Source of the DNA: Naegleria gruberi
Taxonomy: Eukaryota
Strand: one strand, 5' to 3'
DNA length: 64,000 bases
NCBI GenBank assembly: GCA_000004985.1
Contig: GG738894.1
Below, one piece after another: positions 34,829-47,303 of the stretch. Position 1 is the first letter of the stretch, and every line of letters begins with the position of its first letter. Position numbers and translations under genes: made by a program. The notes beneath the pieces were generated by a model. The model had not been told where the DNA came from and did no database searches. It saw nothing but the letters and a program-made list of their open reading frames with translations.

Positions 34829-34920
34829 AAAGGGCTGCTAAAAAGGAGAAGAAGAAAGAAAGTGTTCTGAATGCAACGATAATTCTTCAAAATGTAAAGT
34901 CTCAAGATAAGGAAGAAGGT

Positions 34921-35703
34921 TTGAATGAAACAACTTCCACATCTCCTCGCTCGCCTATTGAAAACATCAGTCCCGATATAACAAACGATGCTCAGTACAA
35001 TGCTATTGTTAATGCTAAAGATCTAAGGGAAAGTATTAAAATATTAACTTTTACGATGATTGAGATGAAAACAGACGTGCAAAGAGATATGAAAAGTATG
35101 AAGAAAGATATTGCAGAAATCAAAGTGGAAATTACAGAAATCAAAAAAGATATGTATAGCTTGAATAGAAATGTGGGCTGCCTTTACGAAGGCCAAGTGA
35201 AAGCAGAATTTGAGAAGAATTTTCAAGTTGAGTCTCCAAAGATTTTAGAATATGACAAGTTTTCAACTAGATTTGCTGAAGTGTATTCCCAAAATGGTTA
35301 CCTTAATGAATTGGTGAAGAAATTGATAATAGGAAATGTTTTGAGCAAGGAAGAAAAAAGAAAGTTGACCTTGAAAACCTTCAAAGTTGAGCTTAATTTT
35401 GTTCTAACCGACAACTCAAACTCCACAAAAGTCCAAATCATTGAAGCAACCATGTCCTCATTCTCAAATCCTAACAAGTTAATATGTAAATTAGTACAAT
35501 TGGAACGTCAAGTATTGTTTTATAAAGCTTGTTACCCATCTCATACAGTCACTAAAATTGGATTAGTTTCACCATCCGATTTGGATTCAGATATGGTAAA
35601 GGATGCACTTGATAAATACCCAGGATTGGTAGTTGTTAAATCATTTTTAGATGAGGGTAATTTTGAAACTATTAGATTGGGTAATAAGCCAGAGATTTTT
35701 TAA
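34921..35703 (+). CDS. Hypothetical protein (260 aa; the frame stays open upstream to about 34835, inside repeat A)
   Basis: Charged, coiled-coil-like ORF (IAEIKVEITEIKKDMYSLNR). No domain recognised. Confidence 0.4.
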   Translation: MNETTSTSPRSPIENISPDITNDAQYNAIVNAKDLRESIKILTFTMIEMKTDVQRDMKSMKKDIAEIKVEITEIKKDMYSLNRNVGCLYEGQVKAEFEKNFQVESPKILEYDKFSTRFAEVYSQNGYLNELVKKLIIGNVLSKEEKRKLTLKTFKVELNFVLTDNSNSTKVQIIEATMSSFSNPNKLICKLVQLERQVLFYKACYPSHTVTKIGLVSPSDLDSDMVKDALDKYPGLVVVKSFLDEGNFETIRLGNKPEIF

Positions 35704-35804
35704 TTTGAAATCCCATGATGTCCAAAAACAAGTAGTTCACTCTGATTGTTTCGTATTGTTATATTTATCAAGTTAGAATTGAAATAAATCAACTCTTCAA
35801 ATTG

Positions 35805-35950
35805 GTATATGTGCAAATGATTGAGTAGGGTGGAATTATTCCCTCATTAACTTTTTAATATTTAAGTATTATTTGAAAAGCCATTAAAAAGGAATTGGAT
35901 TTGTGACAGTTATTAAGGAGTTGATCATTAATATTCAATTCCCAAAACAA
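35805..35950 (+). repeat. About 130-bp direct repeat R, copy 1 (3' flank of the USP-cyclase gene)
   Basis: tgagtagggtggaattattccctcattaac...cattaaaaaggaattggatttgtgacagttattaaggagttgatcattaatattcaattcc recurs at 42525-42650. The 55-bp core is identical and the rest is about 85% identical. Confidence 0.8.
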
Positions 35951-36008
35951 ATGAACTAGATTGGAAATATATGCAAACCAATAAATTTATTTGTAGTGAT
36001 AATTCATT

Positions 36009-39000
36009 TCAAATAATGGAGTTTATTTCTTCAGTCTTGACGATTGCTCCCACATGATACTTATTGTCCAATAAATAAGTCTGAAGAATTCCCTTTCCTT
36101 TTACTGCGATACTACGCTCCTCAAATGTGAATTCTAAATCAAAAACTCTTTCATATGTTTTTCTTGACAGTTGAATTCTTCCAGGTAAACTAGTGCTTTC
36201 CATCCTACTTGCTGTAGTTATGGAAAGAAAATAAGAAAATCATTAAATAATTATTACCACACTTCAAACTTACCTGTGTTGATATTGTCTCCCCAAAGAT
36301 CGTATGCAAACTTCTTCTTTCCAATCACTCCAGCTGTTACACTTCCTGTGTGTATACCTATTCTAATATTTATCTGTTTTTCAACAGGCTTTCTTGAAGT
36401 AATGTTGTAGTTACGAATAACATTGAAACAATCAATGGAAAATCTAAGAATTCTCTCTGGATGATTAATGTCAACATTGTTTAACCCTGCACAACAAAAG
36501 TAAGAATCACCAATGGTTTTGATTTTTTCCACATTATATTTGTCAGTCAAACCATCAAATCCATCAACCACACAATTCAGTAATTGCACTAACTCTGTAT
36601 GTGTTAATTGTGAGGTCAATGCAGTGAATTCAACCATATCACTAAAGAAACAGGTGACATCTGGGTGTTTCTCCGCAATAAGAGATGCTCCAGCCAAAAG
36701 TTGACGAGCTACAGAGCTAGGTAGAATATTAAGAAGCATATTTTCCGATTTCTTCTTTTCTTCGTTTAGTAATAAAATTGCCTTCTTCTCTAAGGTGGAT
36801 TCTTTGATGAAAAATAATGTAATGTGTTTGTTTTCAAAGAATGTTACATAGATATTGACTGTTGCAGGGAAAGTCTTTTGATTTTTTCTGACACACTCAA
36901 GTTCAAAAGTTTCTCCTTTAGGGCAGGTTTTTGTTACTTGTTTTTTGATGGATTCGACTTCGTTCTTAACCAAAGTTTGGTGTTCTCTTGTGAATATTTT
37001 AATAGGTTTACCAATAACATCTTCGAGTTGATAACCAAACATTCTTTGAGCTGAAGGATTGAAAATATCCACTAGCATTGTATCATTACATGTAATTACA
37101 CCATCAACAAATGTGTTAAGAATTGTCACTAGTTTTGCATCTCGCTCTGACGTGACACCATTGTTGGTAAATAATTTGGATGGGTTTTCATTAGGTAGTG
37201 TTTTAAATAATGCAAAGTTTTTAAGTTTCTCGTTGAACACCAAAGTATCTATCGATAGGTAATCGAACATGATTCTCATTTGTTGTTCTGCATTAGCATA
37301 TTCACGGAAAATGTAATACATCGAACAAATCGAGCAAGTGACAAGTACAAAGCCAATTACAAAACTCGCTATCACATAATTAATATTTGGTACAGAGGCA
37401 TCAACAGCGAAAATATTTGCAAAATCAATCAATTTCATCGATGACAAGTTAAAAAGAAATAAAATCTTAAGTAAGGAAGTAATATGTTCCTTGATAGTCA
37501 CTGGTTGAAATAAAATTGTCTGGGCCAATAAATTTTGTTTCAACAATATTTGTGTTGATAATAATATATGTGTTAGCATTGTATCTATTCCAATGCCACA
37601 AGTGCTGTTAAAATGAGTGTCAGTTTCTGGAATGGTACAATTTGGATCGCCCTTAATCAAGTGGTCTGTACCGGGAAACATGCCTGCAACTACTGATTCA
37701 AAGGGTTTTGTAGTTGATCCGAATAAACACCAATCCCAATTCCTTTGAAGATTTGCTGCCTCTTGATAATATTGAAGAGTCATATTTAAAGCTTCATCCT
37801 CTGTTATCAATGGTATATCGTCAACATTTCTATAATAAGCATATAGTTCAGTACTGTAAAATGCTACATTTTGCAGATGCTTGGTAGTTTCAAATACGTC
37901 TTGTACATTTACAAAGGATTCAACCGAATAATGGGTATTGTCAAACAAGCCACATACGAATACTGCCGTACACACTCCAACTGTTAAAAATATTACTATT
38001 ATCAAAATGGGGAAACATATCTTATGTTTGAGAGGATCTACTTTTCCTGCATGAGTAATCACTTCTTGTGGTTGTTGTTCGCATAATGTGTGGTATATTT
38101 CACCAACTTCTGGTTTAGAGACACACTCTTTCAGTAGCTTGACATGATTTTTCAATCTAGAGAAAGTGAATCTTGAATATATCAAATATAATACACACAC
38201 TATTAACAAGCAAGGTAACACGGCTGCTGTGTAAATGATTAAAACATTCCTCGAATTCAATGCCTCATCTATATGAACTTGTGTGTAAGAATGACAAAAT
38301 AAAGAATATGCCTGTGTAAGGGTATTTTGATTTCTATAAAGAAACATGAACATAAAGGATGTGTAGGTTTGTAGTAAAGCTTCACTTGTTTCTGACAAGA
38401 AGCGATTTGCCAATAGTTTTAAAATCTTATTGATTTGAGAGAGTGGGTACTTGTTTGACTCAGTCAGGTTATATAAACCTCCTCCTGGTATTACAGTTGG
38501 AATTACTAATGAATAGTGGAAATCAGTAAATTGAGAGTAGATTTGAGGTGAAAACTTTGAGGCAAAAGCAACGTTTTCTAAATTGACTATCGATTGTGTG
38601 AAATATTCGACATGCTGTTTGTATTTATCCATGTCAAAATAAATATCATTCGTCCAATTATGTTCGATGGTGATATTTGATTGCATCCAGTGGTCAATAA
38701 TCTGATACCCTCTTCCTGAAAGTAATAAGTTAGTGACACAGGGTATTGTGGCACATGCCTCCTTAGAATGTAGCAAATTGCTTGTTGCTTGATTGGAATA
38801 AATCAGTGACAGCAAGAATGGAGTGATGAGAGCAACCAAGAACAGTATGCAAAAGCCAACAAATAGTATGATAAAAACAGTTCGGCGTGTTGGAGTTGCA
38901 AGAGCATTGCTATAAATCATCTTTCTTGTTTGTGGATCCAGTGTTTCAAATTCTTCTAACGTTTGCTCCTCATTTTCTCTCCCATCAGTGGTAATTTCAG

Positions 39001-42000
39001 ACACAGAAGATTCACCTTCAGCTTTTTTAGTGGATCTGTTGCATTCATTTTCTTCGAGTAAGTTTGCTTTGTTAAAATTCTCATTTGATAATTCTGGATT
39101 TGCTTTAAATGATACCAAATATTGTGCATATATTCTTAGTGCTGTTTTGTCTTGACTATAAAAAGGAACAAGGTTGTTAAATATACAGTCACACTCGGCA
39201 ACTAGCTTGGAGCTTCTAAAAATGACTCTTTCAATTTTTTCCATAATAATACTTTCTTTCAGAAACTCTTTCCAAAAATCCTTATGAAGAGCATAAAGTT
39301 CTTCGGTTTTTCTCCGAATTTTAGACAGTATTAATACCAGTTCTGACTTGGAATCATCTTCACAAAGATACGCCTCAATTTCCTTCTTCTTTTGGCACAA
39401 TGAATACGAAGAAACAAAATTTGCATACTTTGGTGTCATATTTTTTGTTAAAATTGAAAAAGCCAATGTACGTTCACCCTTCGTTTGATATGCCATTATT
39501 GATGCTGATACTAAGGGCAACCTCATACTGCTGTTTAAATCTTGTAAGGTTGCCTTGATAAATGCTATTATCCCTGAATGATACTTGCTTCGTTTAGGTC
39601 CTTTCATCATTTCAAACTTTAAAAAAAGACCCAATAGGTAAACAATTCTATCATCTTGGAGATTTAAGTTTTTTGAGACTGTATATGTTCCAGTGTCTGG
39701 TTCTTCTTTAAAAAACTTGTTCTTAAATTTATACATATTGTATCTTGTATAACATTCCATTGTCACACATCCAATTAAAGCCATCAATAGCATCAACCCC
39801 AGAGTAGCTGAAAACAATATTATTCCAAGAGTGTTATCGTTGGTCACATTGACAAAATATGTCACAAGACCAGATACACTTGTGGCCAGTCTACAGAAAA
39901 TGATACCACTAATAACAGTATTTTCAAATCTTCTTAGCATTGGTATTGTTTGAAAAACAAGTATTATCAATAGTAGAGTCGAAATTATGTGTACAATAGA
40001 TCTTAAATATGCCGTGTACGGAGGAATTAGATGATGAATGACAATCCCAACAACATTGCACAACGGAATAGTGGCCTGAAAGATAATATTGTCATTTAGC
40101 ATTGGGGAGTTGCTTAATGGATGAGAATTTGGTAGAATCAATATTGATAGACCAAGTACAATTATAAAAACAACTATTGAAAGCAATGATAATATCATCA
40201 GAGGAATGTTGATAGAATCGAAACAAGGGGAACCTGGGAATCGATTCAACACCATTCCATTAGGTGCCCGACTAAATGGAATAACTACAGCAAGTGGTTC
40301 AGGTTGCGTCAAGCCATAACTGCAGTCTACAAAGGAAGTTAACACGTATGTGACAGGTGCCGAGATCAATAAACAAGTGTAACATAGAATATGTACCACT
40401 TTTTTCAGGAGCTTCCTCCTGCTACTTACTCTTTTCACAGCAGTATTAGCCAAAATAAAACAGCACACAATTGCCACAATAGTGATCATAAAAAATACAG
40501 CAAGACCAAGGTTAGCATAATATGGAAATGTCCATGATGCAAGAGTTATTGGAAAGTTCAAAACTTTGATGATCCAACTAGCCCATACTCCAAATCTGAA
40601 AGACACTGGATTTAGTAACGGTATCCATACAAAACACCAAAACAATACAAGCTGTACGATGAGTTGCTTAAGAAACTCAATGGTTCCTTTTCTAATTTTG
40701 TTTGCCTGCATTGCAAACAAGAAGATAAAAAACTCATTCGCTATGGCAGACCCAAACTCTGATGATAGAGTAGAGCTCTGGCAAGTAATAGATGTAGAAA
40801 ATCCGTTTTGTTTTTTTTCATCCTTGTTTGTGTCCTTAGTTTTGTTTGGTTTCTCAATACTGATGGCTCCATTATGCTGAAGTCTTATATAGCCTTGCAT
40901 TTCGATTTCAAACTTTGCATTGTCTAATTCAACTTCTTGTCTCAAATCATTTGGTATGAGATTATTATCCACATTGTTAATATTCAACTTTGGGTCTCTT
41001 CTGCTGTACATGAGCATGTAAGCATTTGTGGAATCGCCAATAATCTCATCATTTCCATACATGGATTCTATTTGAGATTTATCAATTTCATCAATATAAT
41101 TATCATTAAATTTAAACCATTTCCCTGAATGGAACGATCTTATTAACACAAAGTAATGCTTTAAAAAAGGTCACTAAAAAGCTAGCTATTTTACATACCC
41201 CTGTAAGTGCATCTCCAGAATGAATGATAACACTATAAAGATCAAATAAATGTTGCTGATCATCTACATATTTTGACATGTCCAACACAAAGGGAAAGGT
41301 AACTTTGTTTCCAAGCTAATACTACAATTACATTAATATGAACAAGTTCATACTTACCTTGACAGGAGTATTTGTTTGATAATCAACCCTCTTGAGTTGA
41401 AGTGTTAAAATGTAGGGAAGATGAGCCAATTTTAAATTCTTGACCGCATCTATTTTCTTATTTCCAAGCTCCTCACAACACCATTGATTATCTCCCTTCA
41501 TTTCCTCAGATTTTAAAAAACTTTCAATGGCCTCCTCGACACTGGACACATCCCGAATAGCCAATTGCAAATCCATAAAACTGTCCACTTTGGTGGTTTG
41601 ATATACTTCACCACTTTGTTTCTTCTCATCCACAGACTCGATATGATCTATTACAGTGCCACAAAACAGGTCGCTGAAGGATACATTGCTATCGTTATTG
41701 TAATTTTTTTGTGGTGGTGATGAATCAGTTTCTTTAGAATGGGATCCGTCAGTCAGCACGTCGAACAAGATCCTAAACACTTCATGAATATCGTGTTGAA
41801 CTTTTAAATCTGATGCTTGCCAGCCTAAGCATAGAAAAATTTTCGCACACGAATCAATCATATTATGTGTTGATAATGAAATCTAAGGACAATCGAAAAC
41901 TTACCAAATGAATTTGTTAACTGTGTGGTGTCCACTGAGTTTCTCTTTGATAAAGTCAAATAGGCAAACAAGCGTTGCAATTGATAAGGGACGCAATGGT

Positions 42001-42211
42001 CCTGGTCAGGATCATGCTCAGGATCGTACCTCCATTTGAAAACCAACTCACGAAATTTTGGTGTGTGATGCAGAGATTGTAGTAGAGAATTTAAATAACA
42101 TGTGGTTCCATTATTGGTGAGGCCAACAAAATGCTCTTCCTCTTGTGCACTACAAGATTGACGCCAGTTGGTGTTGGATGGTCCACTTGATGTTTCGTGG
42201 TTGTACTGCAT
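36009..42211 (-). CDS. USP-type deubiquitinase domain fused to a multi-TM module, an extracellular loop domain, PAS and a class III adenylyl/guanylyl cyclase domain (receptor-type cyclase A); five exons
   Basis: Exon 1 (42211-41905) gives ...GLTNNGTTCYLNSLLQSLHHTPKFRE (USP Cys box). Exon 2 (41824-41358) gives GWQASDLKVQHDIHEVFRILFDVL...NQWCCEELGNKKIDAVKNLKLAHLPYILTLQLKRVDY. Exon 3 (41315-41200) gives LGNKVTFPFVLDMSKYVDDQQHLFDLYSVIIHSGDALTG. Exon 4 (41160-36275) gives HYFVLIRSFHSGKWFKFNDNYIDE (USP His box), then with no intervening stop about 12 TM helices, a roughly 430-aa loop between two TM helices, PAS (VTILNTFVDGVITCNDTMLVDIFNPSAQRMFGYQLEDVIGKPI) and cyclase (FFSDMVEFTALTS...KIKTIGDSYFCCAGL...IRIGIHTGSVTAGVIGKKKFAYDLWGDNINT). 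Exon 5 (36211-36009) gives ASRMESTSLPGRIQLSRKTYERVFDLEF...*. Introns are 39-83 nt, with GTAAGT/GTATGT donors. Confidence 0.8.
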
Positions 42212-42524
42212 GGTGATGTAAATTGTACTTTGTTTAAGTGGCGTTCCTCCTATTTTAATTGAAATTGAGACTTTAGTGTGACAAATTTATTATCTAATCT
42301 ATTTTGGTAAAATTGTAAAAATAGTAATTAGACTTCCGTAAAAAGTTGCGTCTTTTTGAAGGTACAAAATACTTTCACGGTAAACACTGCTTGGAACACA
42401 AAATCTGAGCAACACTCAAACTGTTTTCAAACAATTCTTCCAAGGTAAACTGCAAACAAACCAACTGCCGCTTAGTGCAAACTCTTAAATTGATTAAATC
42501 TCTGGTTCCAAAAACCAAATGTTT

Positions 42525-42650
42525 TCCATTGAGTAGGGTGGAAATCATTCCCTCGTTTAATTGTTAATTATTTGAAAGGGCATTAAAAAGGAATTGGATT
42601 TGTGACAGTTATTAAGGAGTTGATCATTAATATTAAATTCCAAAAAAAAT
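42525..42650 (+). repeat. Direct repeat R, copy 2 (immediately 5' of the ATG at 42649)
   Basis: See 35805-35950. Confidence 0.8.
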
Positions 42651-43558
42651 GAAACGACAACAAACCTGCGCTAATCCAGAAGAAAAAAGCGAAAAACGCT
42701 CCAAACACAACGATCAAGCGAAAATTGTAACCTTGCAGATGGATGAGGCTTTGGCGGGAAAAAATTCTAGCCTCTTATTCAGTAAGAAGACGAAGAATAT
42801 TGAAATGACAATTCATTTGAACGGAATGGAGTGTCATGAAGGGATACTTTCCACCATATTTGATTTTCTGGATGTGAAAGATTTGCAATTTATTAAATCA
42901 GTATCATGGAAATGTTATGAATTGGTGCTTGCTGATAATTCAAGATATGCACAGAGAATGAGGGAGGAGTTTCCAATATATTGTAAAAGATTGGAGTATT
43001 TGAATGAGTTTGCTGAAGGTTTGATGATAAAGTGGCTGAAGAGGAGATTTGTGAAAAGACATGGCGAGAGATTATTATGGTAGATTGTGGAGAAATCAAA
43101 CGGGAATCATGAGAAGGTTGTTGAAATTATTGTGAATTATGGATTGTTTGATCTTATTGAAATATTATCTGATGAGTTTCTAAATGCTAGACTTGCATTA
43201 TATGAATGTGGAAAGAAGATAGATGAGTTTGAAAGTCTCTTTGAAGGTAAGCTATTTAATTGTGTTTGCCATCCCTAAAATGTGTACAGATGATTATGGC
43301 CTGTTTGCAATAAGTGAAATCATTTCACAGGGGGAGGAGTTCTATAAAAAGGTTATTGCTAAACCTGAGCTTGGTAAATCAGCACTTCGATACGGATATG
43401 AGGAATACATGTATTGTTTCCATTCTCTCTATTACATTCCAACTCAAAACTATATTGCAGAAAACGAAATTCAGTACGAAAGAAGAAAACAAAAAACCAT
43501 CAAAGCACTTATTGAAGGGTATGATGTTTTTAAGAATTTCAATCCTATCTATTGTTAG
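42649..43558 (+). CDS. Hypothetical F-box-like protein (ECHEGILSTIFDFLDVKDLQFIKSVSWKCYELV); an in-frame TAG at 43081-43083 and one intron
   Basis: ORF 42649-43083 and ORF 43087-43278 lie in the same frame, separated only by TAG. A 43-nt intron (GTAAGC at about 43249, ...TGTACAG at about 43291) then joins ...SLFEG to DDYGLFAISE...NFNPIYC*. Confidence 0.45.
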
Positions 43559-43973
43559 GTGGTTTCCAATAACAGGTTGTTTCTTTAATATTATTCCATT
43601 GTACAACAACTTGATTTCCAAGAGTTTAACCAAAAAGAACAAAACCTCAACAACAAATTCCTAAAATACTCATTAAGAAATGTTTCATCATCTTTGATGG
43701 TTGCAAACTTTCTGTAGTCTGAAACCAATCAATTAAAGGATTTTTATTAGAATTGAAACAATTACAAGTGAGAGGAAAGTATCGAATGAGGATTTTAGAT
43801 ATTCTCCAGAAAGAATCTAAAAAACGGAGCAAGACAATCCGTTCCAGACTATTTTTACAATCGGAACGGAAAAGTATCTCGGAGACGGAGTCATTTTTCA
43901 CTTCAATTAAACAGTGGACAACCAACACAATCACTTGCCGTATACACACTGGTTTCCCTCTTTCAACCTATAA

Positions 43974-45154
<1,181 letters not shown>

Positions 45155-45537
45155 ATTTCACACCTGTGTATTGAAATAAATTTTGTAAATATATTTTAAA
45201 AAACTCAAAGCTAATTAATATTGTAAACACAAATTCAATCGTATTTTGCCCATCTCTCTAAAAAGCCGATTCCTTGAACCAAGAATCCAATTTTGCCTCC
45301 TCAATTTATATAAGGCACTGTAATATTTCATTTTTCTTCTTCTAACATTTTGTAATGATGCCAATTAATTTCGCCGCCTGCTATTCCACCTCTTGACTTG
45401 GCCAAGGTTTGCACCGACAACACACATTTTTCAAGTTCACCTTTAAATAGCATTTGGCAAACATCACAAGATTTCAAAAAAAAAATATCAACACCCTCAC
45501 TTGTAGTACATACTTTTAGTATAATTTTAAAACAAAG

Positions 45538-46245
45538 ATGATCTTTAGACAATTATTCTCTGCTGATACTTGCACAATGACTTTTATTTTGGGATGCGAA
45601 CAAACTGGACAAGCTGCCATTGTTGATCCTGTCATTGAAGAATGCGAAAGAGATGCCAAGTTGGCTAAGGAATTGGGATTGACTATTACACATATTTTGG
45701 ATACTCACGTTCATGCTGACCATATTACTGGTGGTATTGCCTTGAAGAAACACTTCCCACAAGCTACTCATGTTTATAGTATGCATTCCGGAGTTACTTT
45801 CACTACAGGATTGACTTTGGCCAAGGAAGGTGATGTTATTCAAGTTGGTTCTCTCAAGATTCACGTTTTGGAAACTCCAGGACACACCAATGGTTGTTTG
45901 ACCTATTATACCGATGATAAGAAGATGGTTTTCACTGGTGATGCCTTGTTCATCAGAGGATGCGGAAGATGTGATTTCCAACAAGGATCTGCCTCCAAAT
46001 TGTATGATTCCATCATGAAGATTTATTCTACATTGCCTGATGATTGTTTGGTCTATCCTGGTCACGACTATAAGGGCATGATGTTCTCCAGCATTGGTGA
46101 TGAAAAGAAGAATAATCCAAGAATTTTCGCAACTCAAACTCGTGAAGGATTCTGTGAAATTATGAATAACTTAAAGTTGCCAAATCCTAGATATCTTGAT
46201 GTTGCTTTGCCAGCTAACTTGTTGGGTGGTGTCAAGACTAATTAA
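45538..46245 (+). CDS. ETHE1: Persulfide dioxygenase ETHE1 (metallo-beta-lactamase fold, glyoxalase II family)
   Basis: MIFRQLFSADTCTMTFILGCEQTGQAAIVDP...THVHADHITGG...ETPGHTNGCLTYY...FTGDALFIRGCGRCDFQQGSASKLY...PGHDYKG...NPRIF is colinear with human ETHE1 (MIFRQLFESESCTYTYLLGD...HCHADHITGSG...SPGHTPGCVTF...[25 protein letters not shown]...PAHDYHG). Confidence 0.9.
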   Translation: MIFRQLFSADTCTMTFILGCEQTGQAAIVDPVIEECERDAKLAKELGLTITHILDTHVHADHITGGIALKKHFPQATHVYSMHSGVTFTTGLTLAKEGDVIQVGSLKIHVLETPGHTNGCLTYYTDDKKMVFTGDALFIRGCGRCDFQQGSASKLYDSIMKIYSTLPDDCLVYPGHDYKGMMFSSIGDEKKNNPRIFATQTREGFCEIMNNLKLPNPRYLDVALPANLLGGVKTN

Positions 46246-46491
46246 TTATTTCCGTCATCATCAAATAATTATTATCTATATTTTAAATAATTGTGATGAG
46301 AATATATTTTGATTGTCCGACTTGCTAAAAACAATATGTACATAGAGAAAATAAATTTTGAATTTAAAAATCTTTTTAATTTACAAAATAATAATACAAT
46401 TTGATAAATTCCAAATCTTTCAAAATATTTACATATATAATATTTCAATAATAATTATATTAAAATTTTCCATTACTTCATCATAAAATTA

Positions 46492-47025
46492 TTACTGTCT
46501 TTTAACAACAGTTTTTGGTCTTTTACTACCTCCCATCAAGGCAGAATTCGACACTGATACCAAATCTTCCCTCTTCCTAAACGAATCAAATCGTTCTCGT
46601 TGTTCCTGTTGATTTTTCCTCTTCAAAAAAGCCTTCACCAAATTACGTTGTCTCGTCAGCTGTTCTGCTTGTTCCGTCAGCAAATCTGCAGCATCGGAGG
46701 CTGAAGCAGAATTGGCGCCATCTCCGCCACCACCACGTCTCTTCTTCTTATTATTGAGCGAAAATTCCAACATATCGATACGACGATTTCGCGCCTCAAT
46801 ATCCATCTCGAGTTGTTGAATGTACATGAGCATGTGATGGAATCGTTGTTGGAGTATCGAGTTGTGTGAGGAGAGTGAATCGTCCCATTTTTCAAATTTC
46901 ATATTGGAGAGAGGATGCGATTCGAGGGCGGCAACTTTTTGTTTTAGAGTTTCACATTCGATTTCTTTCAGCATGAGACGAATGTGGAGAGGTGAGGTGA
47001 GGTCCAAGGGCAGTATTGAAGACAT
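46492..47025 (-). CDS. Hypothetical coiled-coil protein (177 aa)
   Basis: ORF with heptad character and a basic C-terminus; no domain recognised. Confidence 0.4.
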   Translation of the reverse strand: MSSILPLDLTSPLHIRLMLKEIECETLKQKVAALESHPLSNMKFEKWDDSLSSHNSILQQRFHHMLMYIQQLEMDIEARNRRIDMLEFSLNNKKKRRGGGGDGANSASASDAADLLTEQAEQLTRQRNLVKAFLKRKNQQEQRERFDSFRKREDLVSVSNSALMGGSKRPKTVVKRQ

Positions 47026-47303
47026 TTTTTTTTGATGAATTATTTGAATGACATGTTTGACATGATCTGTTCTTTTTGTTTTGAGGATTCGTATTTGAAA
47101 GGTTTAGAATAGCAGTTCTATAGAAATATTTTCAAAGTAATTTCATTATCTGTTATATTCAATGTATTGTAATATAAAGATTTAATGTATTGAAAGCAAA
47201 GAAATATTTTATTCTAATTGTTTCGAATAGGAATACATCTATTTTCACATCAAATTTCCATTAAAAAAAAATTCAAAAGTTTGCACGGACTTGTCCAAGC
47301 AAC

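Noticed and set aside
36254-36283. C-terminal extension ...NTGKFEVW* of the 1631-aa ORF
   Set aside because: It is read-through into a GTAAGT intron. Splicing at 36275/36211 restores the conserved cyclase motif ...DNINTASRMESTS... found in the paralog.
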